Assembly: GCF_006345805.1 (NCBI RefSeq)
Contig: NW_021835831.1
Span: 1-38,077, forward strand
Direction: 5' to 3'
Origin: Octopus sinensis
Taxonomy: Eukaryota
Length of the DNA stretch: 38,077 bases
Shown: positions 11,683 to 25,022 of the stretch, in pieces
Layout of the letters: each line of letters starts with the position of its first letter
How positions within the stretch are numbered: the stretch's first letter is position 1
Program-made: the position numbers and the translations under genes
Notes under the pieces: model-generated
Database searches by the model: none
What the model was told of the DNA's origin: nothing
Seen by the model: the letters and a program-made list of their open reading frames with translations, nothing else

Positions 11683-11868
11683 AAAATTTGAAATTATAAA
11701 AATTCAAATCTAAAGTATAAACAAGAGCAACTAGCATCCACATGTTGATGAAATGACATGATTAGTTTTCCATAAAAAAAAAATTGATGATGTCATTCCA
11801 TCAATGTGTGGACACTAGTTACTCTCATTCATATTTAAGATTTGAATTGCTATAATTTTGAATTTTTA
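11683..11868. repeat. Imperfect inverted repeat (MITE-like hairpin)
   Basis: AATTCAAATCTAAAGTATAAACAAGAGCAACTAGCATCCACATGTTGATGAAATGACAT pairs with ATGTCATTCCATCAATGTGTGGACACTAGTTACTCTCATTCATATTTAAGATTTGAATT. Confidence 0.75.
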
Positions 11869-12012
11869 TCTCTTTTTATTTTGAACTAGACAAAGACAGG
11901 CTTGGTGTTGAAATATCGTTCAAATGATAAAATATCTTTTGTAATTGCAGTGTAATAAAAATAATAATAATAACAATAATAATAATGATAATAATAATAA
12001 TAATAATAATAA

Positions 12013-13770
12013 ATGAGACTGCAGGAGGAGGAAAAGTAACTTAGCCATGTCATAGATTGACTATCGTAAGGCATATGATATGATCCCACATTCTTGGATC
12101 ATATTATATGGAGTGTAACATATTTGGTATTGCATCAAATGTTGAGCGATTGCTTGGGAAAAGTATGGTGAACTGGAGGACGGAACTGACAGCATACAGA
12201 AGAAGTTTAGGGACAGTAGAAATTAGGAGGGGCATCTTCCAAGGGGATTGCCTGTTCCCACTGATCTTTGTAGAGTGCTTGATACCACTAACACTGATTC
12301 TAAGGAAAGCAAAAGTTGGGTATGTATTTAAAAGCCACCAATAAAATGTCAATCATTTGTTATTCACAGATGACCTCAAACTTTATAATAAAATGAAGCC
12401 CAAGTCAGTTCCCTCAATGATACGATGTATACTTTCAGTGCTAATATCAGAATGGAGTTTAGACTGAGAAAGTGTGGTGTATTAGTCTTGAAGAGAGGCA
12501 AAATCGAATATATGGATGAGCTAACAATACTGTTGGGGGAGGTTATGCAGCAGATAGAAGAGACGGGCTATAAGTACTTGGGGATCTTGGAAATGGATAA
12601 ATTGATGGAGAAAGAAATGACAAGAAAAAATTTAAGGTGGAGTACTTATGCAGACTGAGACTGATCCTTAAGTCGAAATTAAACGGATGGAATAAGATTG
12701 AAGCTATCAACACCTGGGTGGTTTCACTCCTTAGATATGGAGCAGGGGTAATCGCATGGACAGTAGATGAACTAAACAGCTTCAACAGAAAGACAAAGAA
12801 GCTGCTAACTATATATGGGACACTCCACCCAAAAAATGACACAGACAGACTGTATGTACCAAGAAAAGAGGAGGAAGAGGACTTATCGGATGCAAACGCA
12901 GCATTAGAGCAGAAGAAAACAACATAGCATGGTATGTAAAAAATGTCACAGAACCGCTATTATTACAAGTAAGAAAGTCAGGCCTGTGCAGGATGAAAGA
13001 TTGCAAAGATAAAGCACTATGCAAGAAAATGAATACCAATAAAACTGAAAATAGGTGGGTAAAGAAAAGAATGCATGCTCAATTTCATAGGGATGTTAAA
13101 GATAAGACAGGCAGAGAAAAAAGATGGCTGTGGATGACTAAAAGTGATTTAAAACCGGAAACGGATGACCTAGTCTGTGTTGCTGAAGAGCCAGCACTAA
13201 GAACAAACTACATAAAGTATAGAATAGACAAAACATCAGAAACTGTATGGTATATTACCAGCCAATGTACATCACTAGCCCAGAGAGAATATAAGAGACA
13301 TTACGACAATATAGTCAGGCTTGTCCAGTGAATGCTTTGTAACAAGATTGGACTTGACAGAGAAAAAAATTGGTATGACCACAATCCTGAAGGCATCATC
13401 CTATGGGATTTAATGATTCAGTGTGACCATGAGATAGAGAATAGGAAGCCAGACATAGTCTTAATTGAGAAAGAAAACTATGCTGGATCATAGATATAGC
13501 ATACCCAGCTGACAACAAGGTATGCGATAAGGAAGAAAGAAAAGTTGAGAGATATGACAGGTTTGCTTGGGAAGTTAAGCAGTTGTGGTCGATGAAAAAG
13601 GTAGCAGTTGTACCAATAGTTGTTGGAGCCCTGGGAACAGTGAGCAAAAATCTTGAGAAGCACATGGAACAAATAGGGGCTGCAATAAGGGTGGAGCACT
13701 TGCAGAACACAGCAATGCTTGGAACCACTCGAATACTACAGAAGGTACTCGAAAAATTAGTAGAAGGTTA
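12013..13770 (+). mobile_element. Second, more diverged R4/Dong LINE family, 5'-truncated, downstream of (AAT)n 11952-12012
   Basis: IDYRKAYDMIPHSW, RRGIFQGDCLFPL, HLLFTDDLKL, YKYLGILE, LYVPRKE, LRTNYIKYRIDK, WDLMIQCD, PIVVGALG, QNTAMLGTTRIL; many stops and frameshifts. Confidence 0.88.
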
Positions 13771-13935
13771 GCTGAGTTAGAGATTAAAATAATTGTCTAA
13801 GGGATAGAAGTAACCATTATACTACTGGTATATTACCTATGTTTAACCATGGGCATACGTGTGCAAGCATATGCTCATAAATTATAGGTAAAAACAAGGA
13901 TAAACATGAGTTTATACAGAATTAAAGCTGAAGGA

Positions 13936-14080
13936 AGACAGAAAATGGAGAAATATTGATGAACAATAATTGCCTTATATCAATTATTTATTAATTCAGT
14001 CTAATTTGTATTGAATTAATAAATAATAACTAATGTAAGGCAATTGTTGTTCATCGACATTTTTCCATTTTCTGTTTTCT
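13936..14080. repeat. Imperfect inverted repeat, ~62 bp arms, 13 nt loop, next to (TA)n
   Basis: ACAGAAAATGG...TGATGAACAATAATTGCCTTA...TTAATTCA pairs with TGAATTAA...TAAGGCAATTGTTGTTCATCG...CCATTTTCTGT. Confidence 0.85.
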
Positions 14081-14113
<33 letters not shown>

Positions 14114-14114
14114 T

Positions 14115-14275
14115 GGCACACTCTTGAAGTGGGTGGTGTTAGGAAGGGGATCCAGCCATAGAAACCTTGCCAAATCAAATTGGAACTGGGTGCAGCTCCC
14201 CAGCTTACCAGTTTTCAGTCAATCTGTCCAACCCATGCCAGCATGGAAAATGGACATTAAATGATGATAATGATA
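14115..14275 (+). mobile_element. Short RTE 3'-tail copy
   Basis: GTTAGGAAGGG.ATCCAGC..TAGAAAC and CCAACCCATGCCAGCATGGAAAATGGACATTAAATGATGA, the same terminus as the RTE LINEs. Confidence 0.8.
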
Positions 14276-14425
14276 TATGTATGCTTGTGTGTGTGTATTA
14301 TATACATCCATATATACGTGTATGTATATATATATATATATATACATATAAGCAAAAGTATATACATATGAATATATACTTACAGCATCCCTGTACATGG
14401 CTTGCACAGCTCTCACCAGCCATTC

Positions 14426-14490
<65 letters not shown>

Positions 14491-14494
<4 letters not shown>

Positions 14495-16242
14495 TGGCTG
14501 GTGAGAGCTGTGCAAGCCATGTACAGGATGCTGTAAGTAAGGTTAGGGTTGGCAACATGTACACTGAAGAATTCAAGGTAGAGGTTGGGGTCCACCAGGG
14601 TTCAGTCCTCAGCCTCCCTCCTATTTATCATAGTCCTCCAGGCAATTACAGAGGAATTCAAGACAGGATGCCCCTGGGAGCTCCTCTATGCTGACAACCT
14701 TGCTCTAATTGCTGAGTCACTATCAGAACTAGAGGAGAAGTTTCAGGTGTGGAAGGAGGGATTAGAATCGAGAGGTCTTAGAGTCAACCTAGCTAAAACC
14801 AAAGTCCTAATAAGTAGGAAGGTAGACAAACCACAAATGCCTTCAGGTAGATGGCCCTGCTCGATCTGTAGAAAAGGCGTAGGTAGAAACTCTATAAGAT
14901 GTACCCAGTGTAAGCTATGGACACATAAGAGGTGCAGCAATGTCAAAGGAAGGCTAACTGGGAAGATAGTTTTTGTATGTGGCAGATGCTCAGGAGCATT
15001 AACCTCTGAAAATCTGCAGAAAACAACTTCCGTCATTTTCCAGGGGGAAAAACTAGAAGTAGTTGATAGCTTCTGTTATCTAGGTGACCAAGTCAGTAGT
15101 GGGGGTGGGTGTGCTGAAAGTGTAACTGCTAGAATAAGAATAGCCTGGGCAAAGTTCAGGGAGCTCTTACCTCTGCTGGTGACTAAAGGCCTCTTGCTCA
15201 AAGTAAAAGGCAGACCTAAGAAGCATCAGCTGTGTTGTGCAAGAGAGACAATTGCGCTGGTATGGTCATGTGGCGAGAATGGATGATGATAGGTGTGTGA
15301 AAAAGTGCCAATCCCTAGCAGTTGAGGGAACATGTGGAAGAGGTAGACCCAGGAAAACCTGGGATGAGGTGGTGAAGCACGAACTTCGAACTTTAGGCCT
15401 CACCGAGGCAATGACTAGCAACCGAGACCATTGGAAATATGCTGTGCGTGAGAAGACCCAGCAGGACAAGTGAGTCCAGCCCACTTATGCATGTCTTTCC
15501 TCCCTTGTACACAAAAAGACCTGTTGAGGCAAGCGAAGTCGAAATCGAACCTCATCCGACGACAGGTACCCATGCCAACCTCTTTTCATTGGACACTAAA
15601 CTCTGCTTGCGAAGACCTGTTGGGGCAAGTGAAATCGGAATCAAAATTGAACCAATCCTATGACTGGCACCCGGCAGTTTCCAGGACCGCTGGACTGACT
15701 CCTGTGCAGGTGGCAAGTGAAGAAACACCGTTTTGACCCTGTGCTTGAGGAGATCCATTGAGTCAATTACACCAACATCAAAATCAATGGAAACTGCAGT
15801 TGTGATCCCTGTGCCGTTGGCACGTAAAAAGCACCATCCGACCGTGGCCGATGCCAGCGCTGCCTAGACTGGCTTCCGTGCTGGTGGCACATAAAAAGCA
15901 TTATCTGAATCATGGCCGATGCCAGCACCACCTTGACTGGCTTCCGTGCCGGTGGCACATAAAAAGCACCATCTGAATCGTGGCTGATGCCAGCGCTGCT
16001 TTGACTGGCTTCCGTGCCGCTGGCACATAAAATACACCAATCCGATCATGGCAATTGCCTGGAACCTGTGCAGGTGGCACATAAAAAGCACCCACTATAC
16101 TCATGGAGTGGTTGGCGTTAGGAAGGGCATCCTGCTATAGAAACACTGCCAGATCAGACTGGAGCCTGGTGCAGCCTTCTGGCTTCCCAGATCCCCGGTC
16201 GAACCGTCCAACCCATGCTAGCATGGAGAACGGACGTTAAGC

Positions 16243-16278
<36 letters not shown>
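14491..16278 (+). mobile_element. RTE-clade LINE, 5'-truncated, internally deleted, YADN in place of YADD
   Basis: GVHQGSVLS, PWELLYADNL, RVNLAKTKVL, EVVDSFCYLGD, RIRIAWAKFRELLP, LRWYGHV, RGRPRKTW; 3' UTR repeats; (GAT)n tail. Confidence 0.93.
14858..14989 (+). other. PHD-type C4HC3 zinc finger within the RTE RT
   Basis: CSIC-x10-CTQC-x4-H-x2-C-x14-CGRC, in frame with ORF 14585-15286. Confidence 0.8.
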
Positions 16279-16575
16279 ATATATATATAGATGTGTATAT
16301 TTTTCCCTTGTTATAGAGTGTGCATACCGATGTAAACATTGGCAAAAACACACCTTTAGTTCATATAAGTAATCTCTATCATTATATATAATGTAAACAT
16401 TAATTTTATTTTTATATTTAACATTCACTAAAAAATATCCCTCCTCTTTCTATAGGCTGCTTCTGATGTTATATCATATAATGTTTTTTCAAACAATATT
16501 AATAGCATTCAGTAAATCATTATACATATCCATCATTTTCTGTTAAAATGTCTTATTGACGAGTTTCATTTCTTC

Positions 16576-16659
16576 ACTTCCCTGAAGAGAAGATTACATT
16601 GCTTTACACCATTTCATTTGAATAATATCAGTGAAATCTTTGAAACATGTGTTGGAAGT
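16576..16659 (+). ncRNA. Type I hammerhead ribozyme motif (Penelope-type, minimal stem III)
   Basis: Stem I ACTTCC/GGAAGT, core CTGAAGA (16582-88), ~13 bp stem II with one mismatch, GAAA (16642-45), stem III AC-ATGT-GT, cleavage triplet GTT (16651-53). Confidence 0.8.
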
Positions 16660-16695
16660 AAAAGTATTTGAATAACACCTGCGTTAAGCTCCAAT

Positions 16696-16740
<45 letters not shown>

Positions 16741-16799
16741 GTGTGTGTATTCATTTGACTGTGTTTGTGTCTGTGTTTGTCCACCACCACCACCACTCG

Positions 16800-17052
16800 T
16801 TAAGTAGTATTGCCGGTGGCATGTAAAAAGCACCATTCGTGATTGGTCAATGCCAGTGCTGCTTGACTGGCCCTGTGCTGGTGGCGTGTAAAAAACACCC
16901 CTAACGTTCTTGGAGTGGTTGACATTAGGAAGGGGTATAGAAACTTTGTCAGTTCAAAATGGAGCCTGGTTCAGCTCCTGGCTTGCCAGTCTCCGGTCAA
17001 ACCTGCCAACCCATGCCAGCATGGAAAGCGGACATTAAATGATGATGATGAT
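16800..17052 (+). mobile_element. Short RTE 3'-tail copy
   Basis: GGTGGCATGTAAAAAGCACC units, GACATTAGGAAGGG, CCAACCCATGCCAGCATGGAAAGCGGACATTAAATGATGATG. Confidence 0.8.
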
Positions 17053-17152
17053 ATATATGTGTGAGTGTGTTTTAAATATTACACTGTACTGAGAACTTTC
17101 TCTTGATTATTCTACTATATATATATATATATATATAATATATATATATATA

Positions 17153-17194
<42 letters not shown>

Positions 17195-17216
17195 AGAGAG
17201 AGGAGAGAGAGAGATA

Positions 17217-17410
17217 GGGGTCCACCAAGGTTCAGTCCTCAGCCCCCTCCTATCTATCATAGTCCTCCAGGCAATAACAGAGGAATTCAAGACAGGATGA
17301 CCCTGGGAGCTCCTCTATGCTGATGACCTTGTTCTAATTGCTGAGTCATTATCAGAACTAGATGAGAAGTTTCAGGTGTGAAAACAAGGATTAGAATCAA
17401 AGGGCCTAAG
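17217..17410 (+). mobile_element. RTE RT fragment
   Basis: GVHQGSVLSPLL..QAITEEFKTG*PWELLYADDL, matching 14587-14780. Confidence 0.88.
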
Positions 17411-17557
17411 ATATAACACAGGAAAACAATGGTTATGTTATGAACTTCATTAGCTTACAGCTGTTTCTGCTATGAGATGTAGCGGATTCACAGTTTAGTG
17501 CCTGTGTTATCTCTCGTTATCATGCTATACTCATCTAAGACTCTGTTCTGATATGTA

Positions 17558-18805
17558 CGAGGGGCGTTCAATAAGTAATGCCCCTAACCCACTTGCCCTT
17601 GTTTGATACAGCTGAAATTTTGCATGTGCAATTATTTATATTTCTATAGATTACGTGGCAAATTACAGCTCCGAACTAATTGTGGTTTCTGATTTACATG
17701 TGTTTGAAATGAGTCAAGTGGGAAATGGAGCCTGTTGAGTGTCGAGCAGTGATCCGGTTTTTGTATTTGAAATGACGCACACCACGGGAGACTTTTGATG
17801 AAATGAAAGTAACTTATGGTAATGATGCCCCTTCATATGACCTTGTAAAACGCTGGTATCGTGAGTTCAAACATGGTCGGAACTCTGTGGAAACAGCTCC
17901 CAGATCTGGTCGCACCCCTTCTGCCATTGATGAGACATCTGTCCGTCAAATTAAGACTGCGATTTTGAAAGATCGACGCATAACTATTCGCCAAATAGCC
18001 CATGAGGTCAAGATTAGTACTGGGTCTGTGGAAACTATCATTCATCTCCATTTGCATATGCAAAAGGTGTCTGCCAGATGGATTCCCAGGTTGCTCACAC
18101 TTTTCCAGAAGCAAGAACGCGTCGAGTGCTCGAGGATGAATTTAGGGATGTGCCAAGAAGATGAGTCAAAATTTTTCAAAAGACTGATTACACAGGATGA
18201 GACCTGAGTCCATCACTATGATCCAGAGACCAAAGCCCAGTCAATGCAGTGGAAGCACCATGACTAACCTCCTCCAAAGACGGCAAGGGTACAGCCCTCC
18301 GCTGGCAAGGTCATGCTCACAGTCTCCTGGGACCAGGACGGAGTAGTGATGACAGATTTCCTGGCAAAGGGTACCACAATTACAGGAGCCTATCATGCTT
18401 CACTTTTGAGGAAATTAAGAGAAGCTATCAAAACCAAGAGGCGGGGCAAGATCAGCAAAGGCATCCTCTTCTTGCAGGACAACACTCCGGTCCACAACTC
18501 GCGTGTCGCCAGATCAGAAGCACAGGCGTGCGGCTATGAACTCTTCCCCCATCCCCCTACTCTCCTGACCTTGCACCCTCTGATTTTCACCTCTTCCCAG
18601 CCATGAAGTTGTTTTTGAAAGGAAAGTGTTTCCCAGATGATGCAGCCTTGATTTCTGAAGTCACGTCGTGGTTGGAGGACCAAGCTGGGGTCTTCTACGA
18701 AAACGGTCTCCAGAGCTGCATCAAACGATGGGAGAAATGCGTAACTCTGGGTTGTTCCTATGTAGAAAAAGACTAATAACTGTGCCAAGTTTCGTTGCTC
18801 TACTG
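17558..18805 (+). mobile_element. Mariner (DD34D) DNA transposon; left TIR present, right TIR missing
   Basis: TA + CGAGGGGCGTTCAATAAGTAATG left end; transposase motifs below; sequence switches to unrelated AT-rich DNA at 18806. Confidence 0.92.
17725..18776 (+). pseudogene. Mariner transposase pseudogene
   Basis: MEPVECRAVIRFL, RSGR, WIPRLLT, TQDET*, QDN, YSPDLAPSDF with 34 residues between 2nd and 3rd Asp; stops at 17773, 18205 and ~18266; frameshift at HPP. Confidence 0.92.
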
Positions 18806-21070
<2,265 letters not shown>

Positions 21071-21289
21071 TTCTAGCTATCTGTCTGTCTGTTTGTTTCT
21101 ATCTCTCTATCTATGTATATTCCAACTGTAAGAAAACATTTTCACCAGCAATTCCAAAGTACATTTGGCAGCAGTCATTCCTGCTTTGAAGGTCACAAGA
21201 TAAACTTACCTCCAAGATCCATAGTAGAAACAAAATATATGCATAAAAATTCCACAAAAATTTCAAAGAATACATATGTTTGTATATGT

Positions 21290-21326
<37 letters not shown>

Positions 21327-21751
21327 TGTGGGTTTATATACATGTGTACAATTATATATATATGTGTGTGAGTGTGTATATATGTGTAAGTATATGTGTG
21401 TGTATATATGCATATATATATACACACACACACATACAATATAAACATACATATATGTAAGCATGTGTGTATATATGATTGTATGCATTTGTATATATGA
21501 GTAAAGGTATAGGAGAATAAAAAGAACTAATATTACCCAAAAACTTGCTGTTCATTCACTCCACCTCCTTTCCCACCCAGCCTTTTGTTTTTTTCTCTCT
21601 TCTTCCTCTCTCCCTCTCTCTCCATCTCACTCTTTCTCTCTCTCTCTCTCTCTCCCTCCCTTTCTCTTTCTTAGCTATTCATCTCTTTGGTACCCGTATA
21701 AAGGATGGCAAGAAACAAGACAGACACATAGTATGAAAGTATTTAAGTATG

Positions 21752-21993
21752 TATGTGCCAGTGGCACGTAAAAAGCACCAATCTGATTGGTGCTCACCTG
21801 GCACCTTTGCCGGTGGCACATAAAAAGCACCCTCTACACTCACAGAGTTGTTGGCGTTAGGAAGGGCATCCAGCTGTAGAAACACTGCCAGATCAGACTG
21901 GAACCTGGTGCAGCCTCCTGGCTTCCCAGACCCCGGTCGAACCGTCCAACCCATGCTAGCATGGAAAACAGACGTTAAACGATGATGATGATG
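21752..21993 (+). mobile_element. Short RTE 3'-tail copy
   Basis: Two GTGGCAC(G/A)TAAAAAGCACC units, GGCGTTAGGAAGGGCATCCAGCTGTAGAAAC, (GAT)n tail. Confidence 0.88.
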
Positions 21994-22368
21994 TATATAC
22001 ATGTATGTGTGTGCGTGTGTATGCATATATGTATGTATTTATATATGCATGCATGTATGTATTTATGTATGGGTCAACAAACTTATATGCTGACATTCCA
22101 TCTGAGTGGTGAGATGTAGAAATACCCTTGGTTGGTGTCAGAGAATGCTGTAAAAGCACTGGGGTAGGGGCGCCAAGCTTTTGTCACAGCATCCTTCTAA
22201 GAGAGGGACAATCTTATGTAGTAAGATCTGCAATGTCACATGATTACTGGTCATCTGACTTCAGCTTGTCATCAAGTATTATTCACAAAGTGTTTATCAC
22301 TATAATCCAATGACATACAGTTGTCACTTTATGATGATCTTATTTGTCATTCTACCTACTGAATGTGT

Positions 22369-22675
22369 GGAGGCACATGGCCTAGTGGTTAGAGCAGTGG
22401 ATTCATGGTCGGGGGATCGCGGTTTCGAATCTCAGACCGGGCGATGTGTGAGTTTATGAGTGAGACACTTAACCTCCACGAGGCTCCAGCAGAAGGTAAT
22501 GGTGAACTTCTGCTGACTCTTTCACCACAACTTTCTCTCACTCTTTCCTCCTGCATCTTGCAGCTCACTTGCGACGCACCGGTGTCCCGTCCATGTGGGG
22601 AACCTATACGCCAAGGAAACTGGGAAACTGACCCTCATGAGCCAGGAATGGCTCGAGAAGGAACAAACAACTACT
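22369..22675 (+). mobile_element. SINE family C (tRNA head, CORE-like), tail type 1
   Basis: A box TGGCCTAGTGG, B box GTTTCGAATC, GAGACACTTAACCTCCAC core-like, tail GGCTCGAGAAGGAACAAACAAC. Confidence 0.85.
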
Positions 22676-22880
22676 GAAAGATGATGACTTATGCTGCCTT
22701 AATCAGTCGGAAACACTTACACTTCAAACAATGTAGATTGGCATTGGGTCTGAATAGCTAGCTGAGAGATCATGGGTGGAATGTCAGAAATGCCATCATT
22801 AACGAGGAAGAATATTGAGATTGTAATCATCTGTGAAGCTGGAACTATTACCATGTATGTGTGGATGTGTATTTACTTAC

Positions 22881-23102
22881 TCTGTTACTCTTTTACTCTT
22901 TTTACTTGCTTCAGTCATGTGACTGTGGCCATGCTGGAGCACCGCCTTTAGTCGAGCAAATCGGCCCCAGGACTTATTCTTTGTAAGCCTAGTACTTATT
23001 CTATCGGTCTCTTCTGCCAAACCGTTAAGTTATAGGACGTAAACACACCAGCATCGGTTGTCAAACGATGTTGGGGCAACAAACACAGACACACAAACAT
23101 AG

Positions 23103-23138
<36 letters not shown>

Positions 23139-23293
23139 AGATATACATATATATGACGGGCTTCTTTCAGTTTACATCTACCAAATCCACTCACAAGGCT
23201 TTGGTTGGCCTGAGGCTATAGTAGAAGAAACTTGCCCAAGGTGCCACGCAGTAGGACTGAACACAGAACCATGTGGTTCATAAGCAAGCTACC
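22881..23293 (-). mobile_element. SINE family A
   Basis: Reverse complement of 3921-4324. Confidence 0.88.
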
Positions 23294-23344
23294 TATGCCT
23301 ATAAATAAAATTTTCATGGCTCTTAATCTCTTGATCTCTTTTAC

Positions 23345-23710
23345 ACATGGGATTGTGATCACATGACTTGTACTGCAGAAGAACTGCACCTCCTGACGAA
23401 CTGCTTTTCAGCTGCGTGTCCAATGCATTTAAACTAACAATCAGTCTTAAGAAGACTGTGGTCATGCTACAGCACGGGCATGCTATATTCCAACAATGTT
23501 ACAAAATTTAAAGTTCTGAATACATTTGTCTATTTTAGTAGCACTCTACCTGATAAGGAGGTCAGTAATTGACTTCCTAAGGTGTGTGTGATATGTTTGT
23601 GGAAAGCTTGAATCAAGGTTCTGGTTGCAATTATACTTCAAAAGCAGCAATGAAAGTCAAGGTCTATCAGGCATGTGTCTTGACTGCATTGTTGTGAGAT
23701 GCGGACAACA
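23345..23710 (+). mobile_element. Old RTE (BovB-like) RT C-terminal fragment
   Basis: LTISLKKTVVMLQ, LKVLNTFVYFSSTL, DKEVS, KVKVYQACVLTALL resemble the RTE thumb region. Confidence 0.65.
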
Positions 23711-23919
23711 TACTGCAGCTGGTTGTTATATTCTTTACCAGGTGTGAAATACATTCATCCATTACTTAACCCTCTGGCATTCAAATTAATCAGTCAAATG
23801 TAATGCTTATTTATTCCCATTGTTTTAAATTGATCATGCATTAACTTGTAGCCTCAAGATTTCTATGATGACATTGTAAGACAGATTAGGGTAGGGGCTG
23901 GATCTATCCAGTTTGACAA

Positions 23920-24144
23920 TACTCTTTACACTCTTTTACTTGTTTCAGTCATTTGACTGTGGCCATGCTGGAGCACCGCCTTTAGTTGAGCAAATCGACC
24001 CCAGGATTTATCCTTTGGAAACCTAGTACTTATTCTATCGGTCTCTTTTGACGAACCGCTAAGTTATGGAGATTAAACACACCACCATTGGTTGCCAAGT
24101 GATGGTGGGGGGACAAACACAGACACACAAACATATACACACAC

Positions 24145-24191
<47 letters not shown>

Positions 24192-24356
24192 TACGACGGG
24201 CTTCTTTCAGTTTCCGTCAACCAAATCCACTCACAAGGCTTTGGTCAGCCCGAGGCTATAGTAGAAGACACTTACCCAAGGTGCCACACAGTGGGAATGA
24301 ACCCGAAACCATGTGGTTGGTAAGCAAGCTACTTACCACACAGCCACTCCTGCACC
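23920..24356 (-). mobile_element. SINE family A
   Basis: Reverse complement of 3921-4324, with internal (TA)n. Confidence 0.9.
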
Positions 24357-24479
24357 TACAGGATTAAACATAATGATTTTTCCCATTGTTGAAACAAACT
24401 GAAACATTCATATTTGCAAAAATAGTTCTGAATATTGTATAATGCTTCCTAACATTCTTTCCATTTATTGCTTATCCTT

Positions 24480-24815
24480 CATTAAATATAGAAGCTCAAA
24501 CAAAACATGAACAAATAGCAGAATTGAAAATGGCTGGAATAAAGAATTGTGAAGTGATAAAACAGTGGCATGTTTGCTGAAAAGAACTGTTTTTGACGTG
24601 TGGAAAAAAGTTTCAAGAAGTGCAAATAACTTCACTGAATCCAATTCCAGGAAGAAACCATTCAGTTCATTGAAGCTATCAATAAGAATGATGAAGAAAA
24701 ATCTACAAAGGGGCAATGCGAAAGCTGGCAAAAAGGTGGCACTCTAGTTGAGAAAGGATTAAGGGCTATGAAGAAAGCAAAGGGCGGCCATTTTGAATTG
24801 TAAATAATATCAAAT
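24480..24815 (+). mobile_element. Probable internally deleted Tc1/mariner-superfamily fossil
   Basis: KHEQIAELKMAGIKNCEVIKQ (HTH-like start) and LRAMKKAKGGHFEL* (typical Tc1/maT C-terminus). Confidence 0.45.
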
Positions 24816-25022
24816 ATTATCAATAAATGTCACAATCAACCTATGAACTTTCATTAAACAAAACCTAAACTTTTTTACTTTATGATAAAATAAATAATGA
24901 GTAAATATATGTAGGACATCCTTGGTACTTCAATTTGGATGACATCCTGTGCTAATTCTACGAAGCCTGCTACGTTTTACCTGTATTGTTACCTGTTTTG
25001 TGCGTCAGGTAAGTTTTTGTTA

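Noticed and set aside
16090-16145. Twister ribozyme before GGCGTTAGGAAGGGCATCC
   Set aside because: The GGTCCCAAGCCC pseudoknot segment expected for twister is absent in all copies
17773-18207. In-frame TGA codons in the mariner ORF as selenocysteine or readthrough
   Set aside because: They replace expected Gly and Trp by single substitutions, and coexist with a TAA stop and a frameshift
21175-21260. Minus-strand splice donor GAG|GTAAGT as evidence of an exon
   Set aside because: No upstream acceptor or coding frame before the adjacent microsatellite
22369-22445. Functional tRNA gene (also 30224 and the SINE A/B heads)
   Set aside because: A and B boxes are present but there is no complete cloverleaf, and each continues into a repeated SINE body
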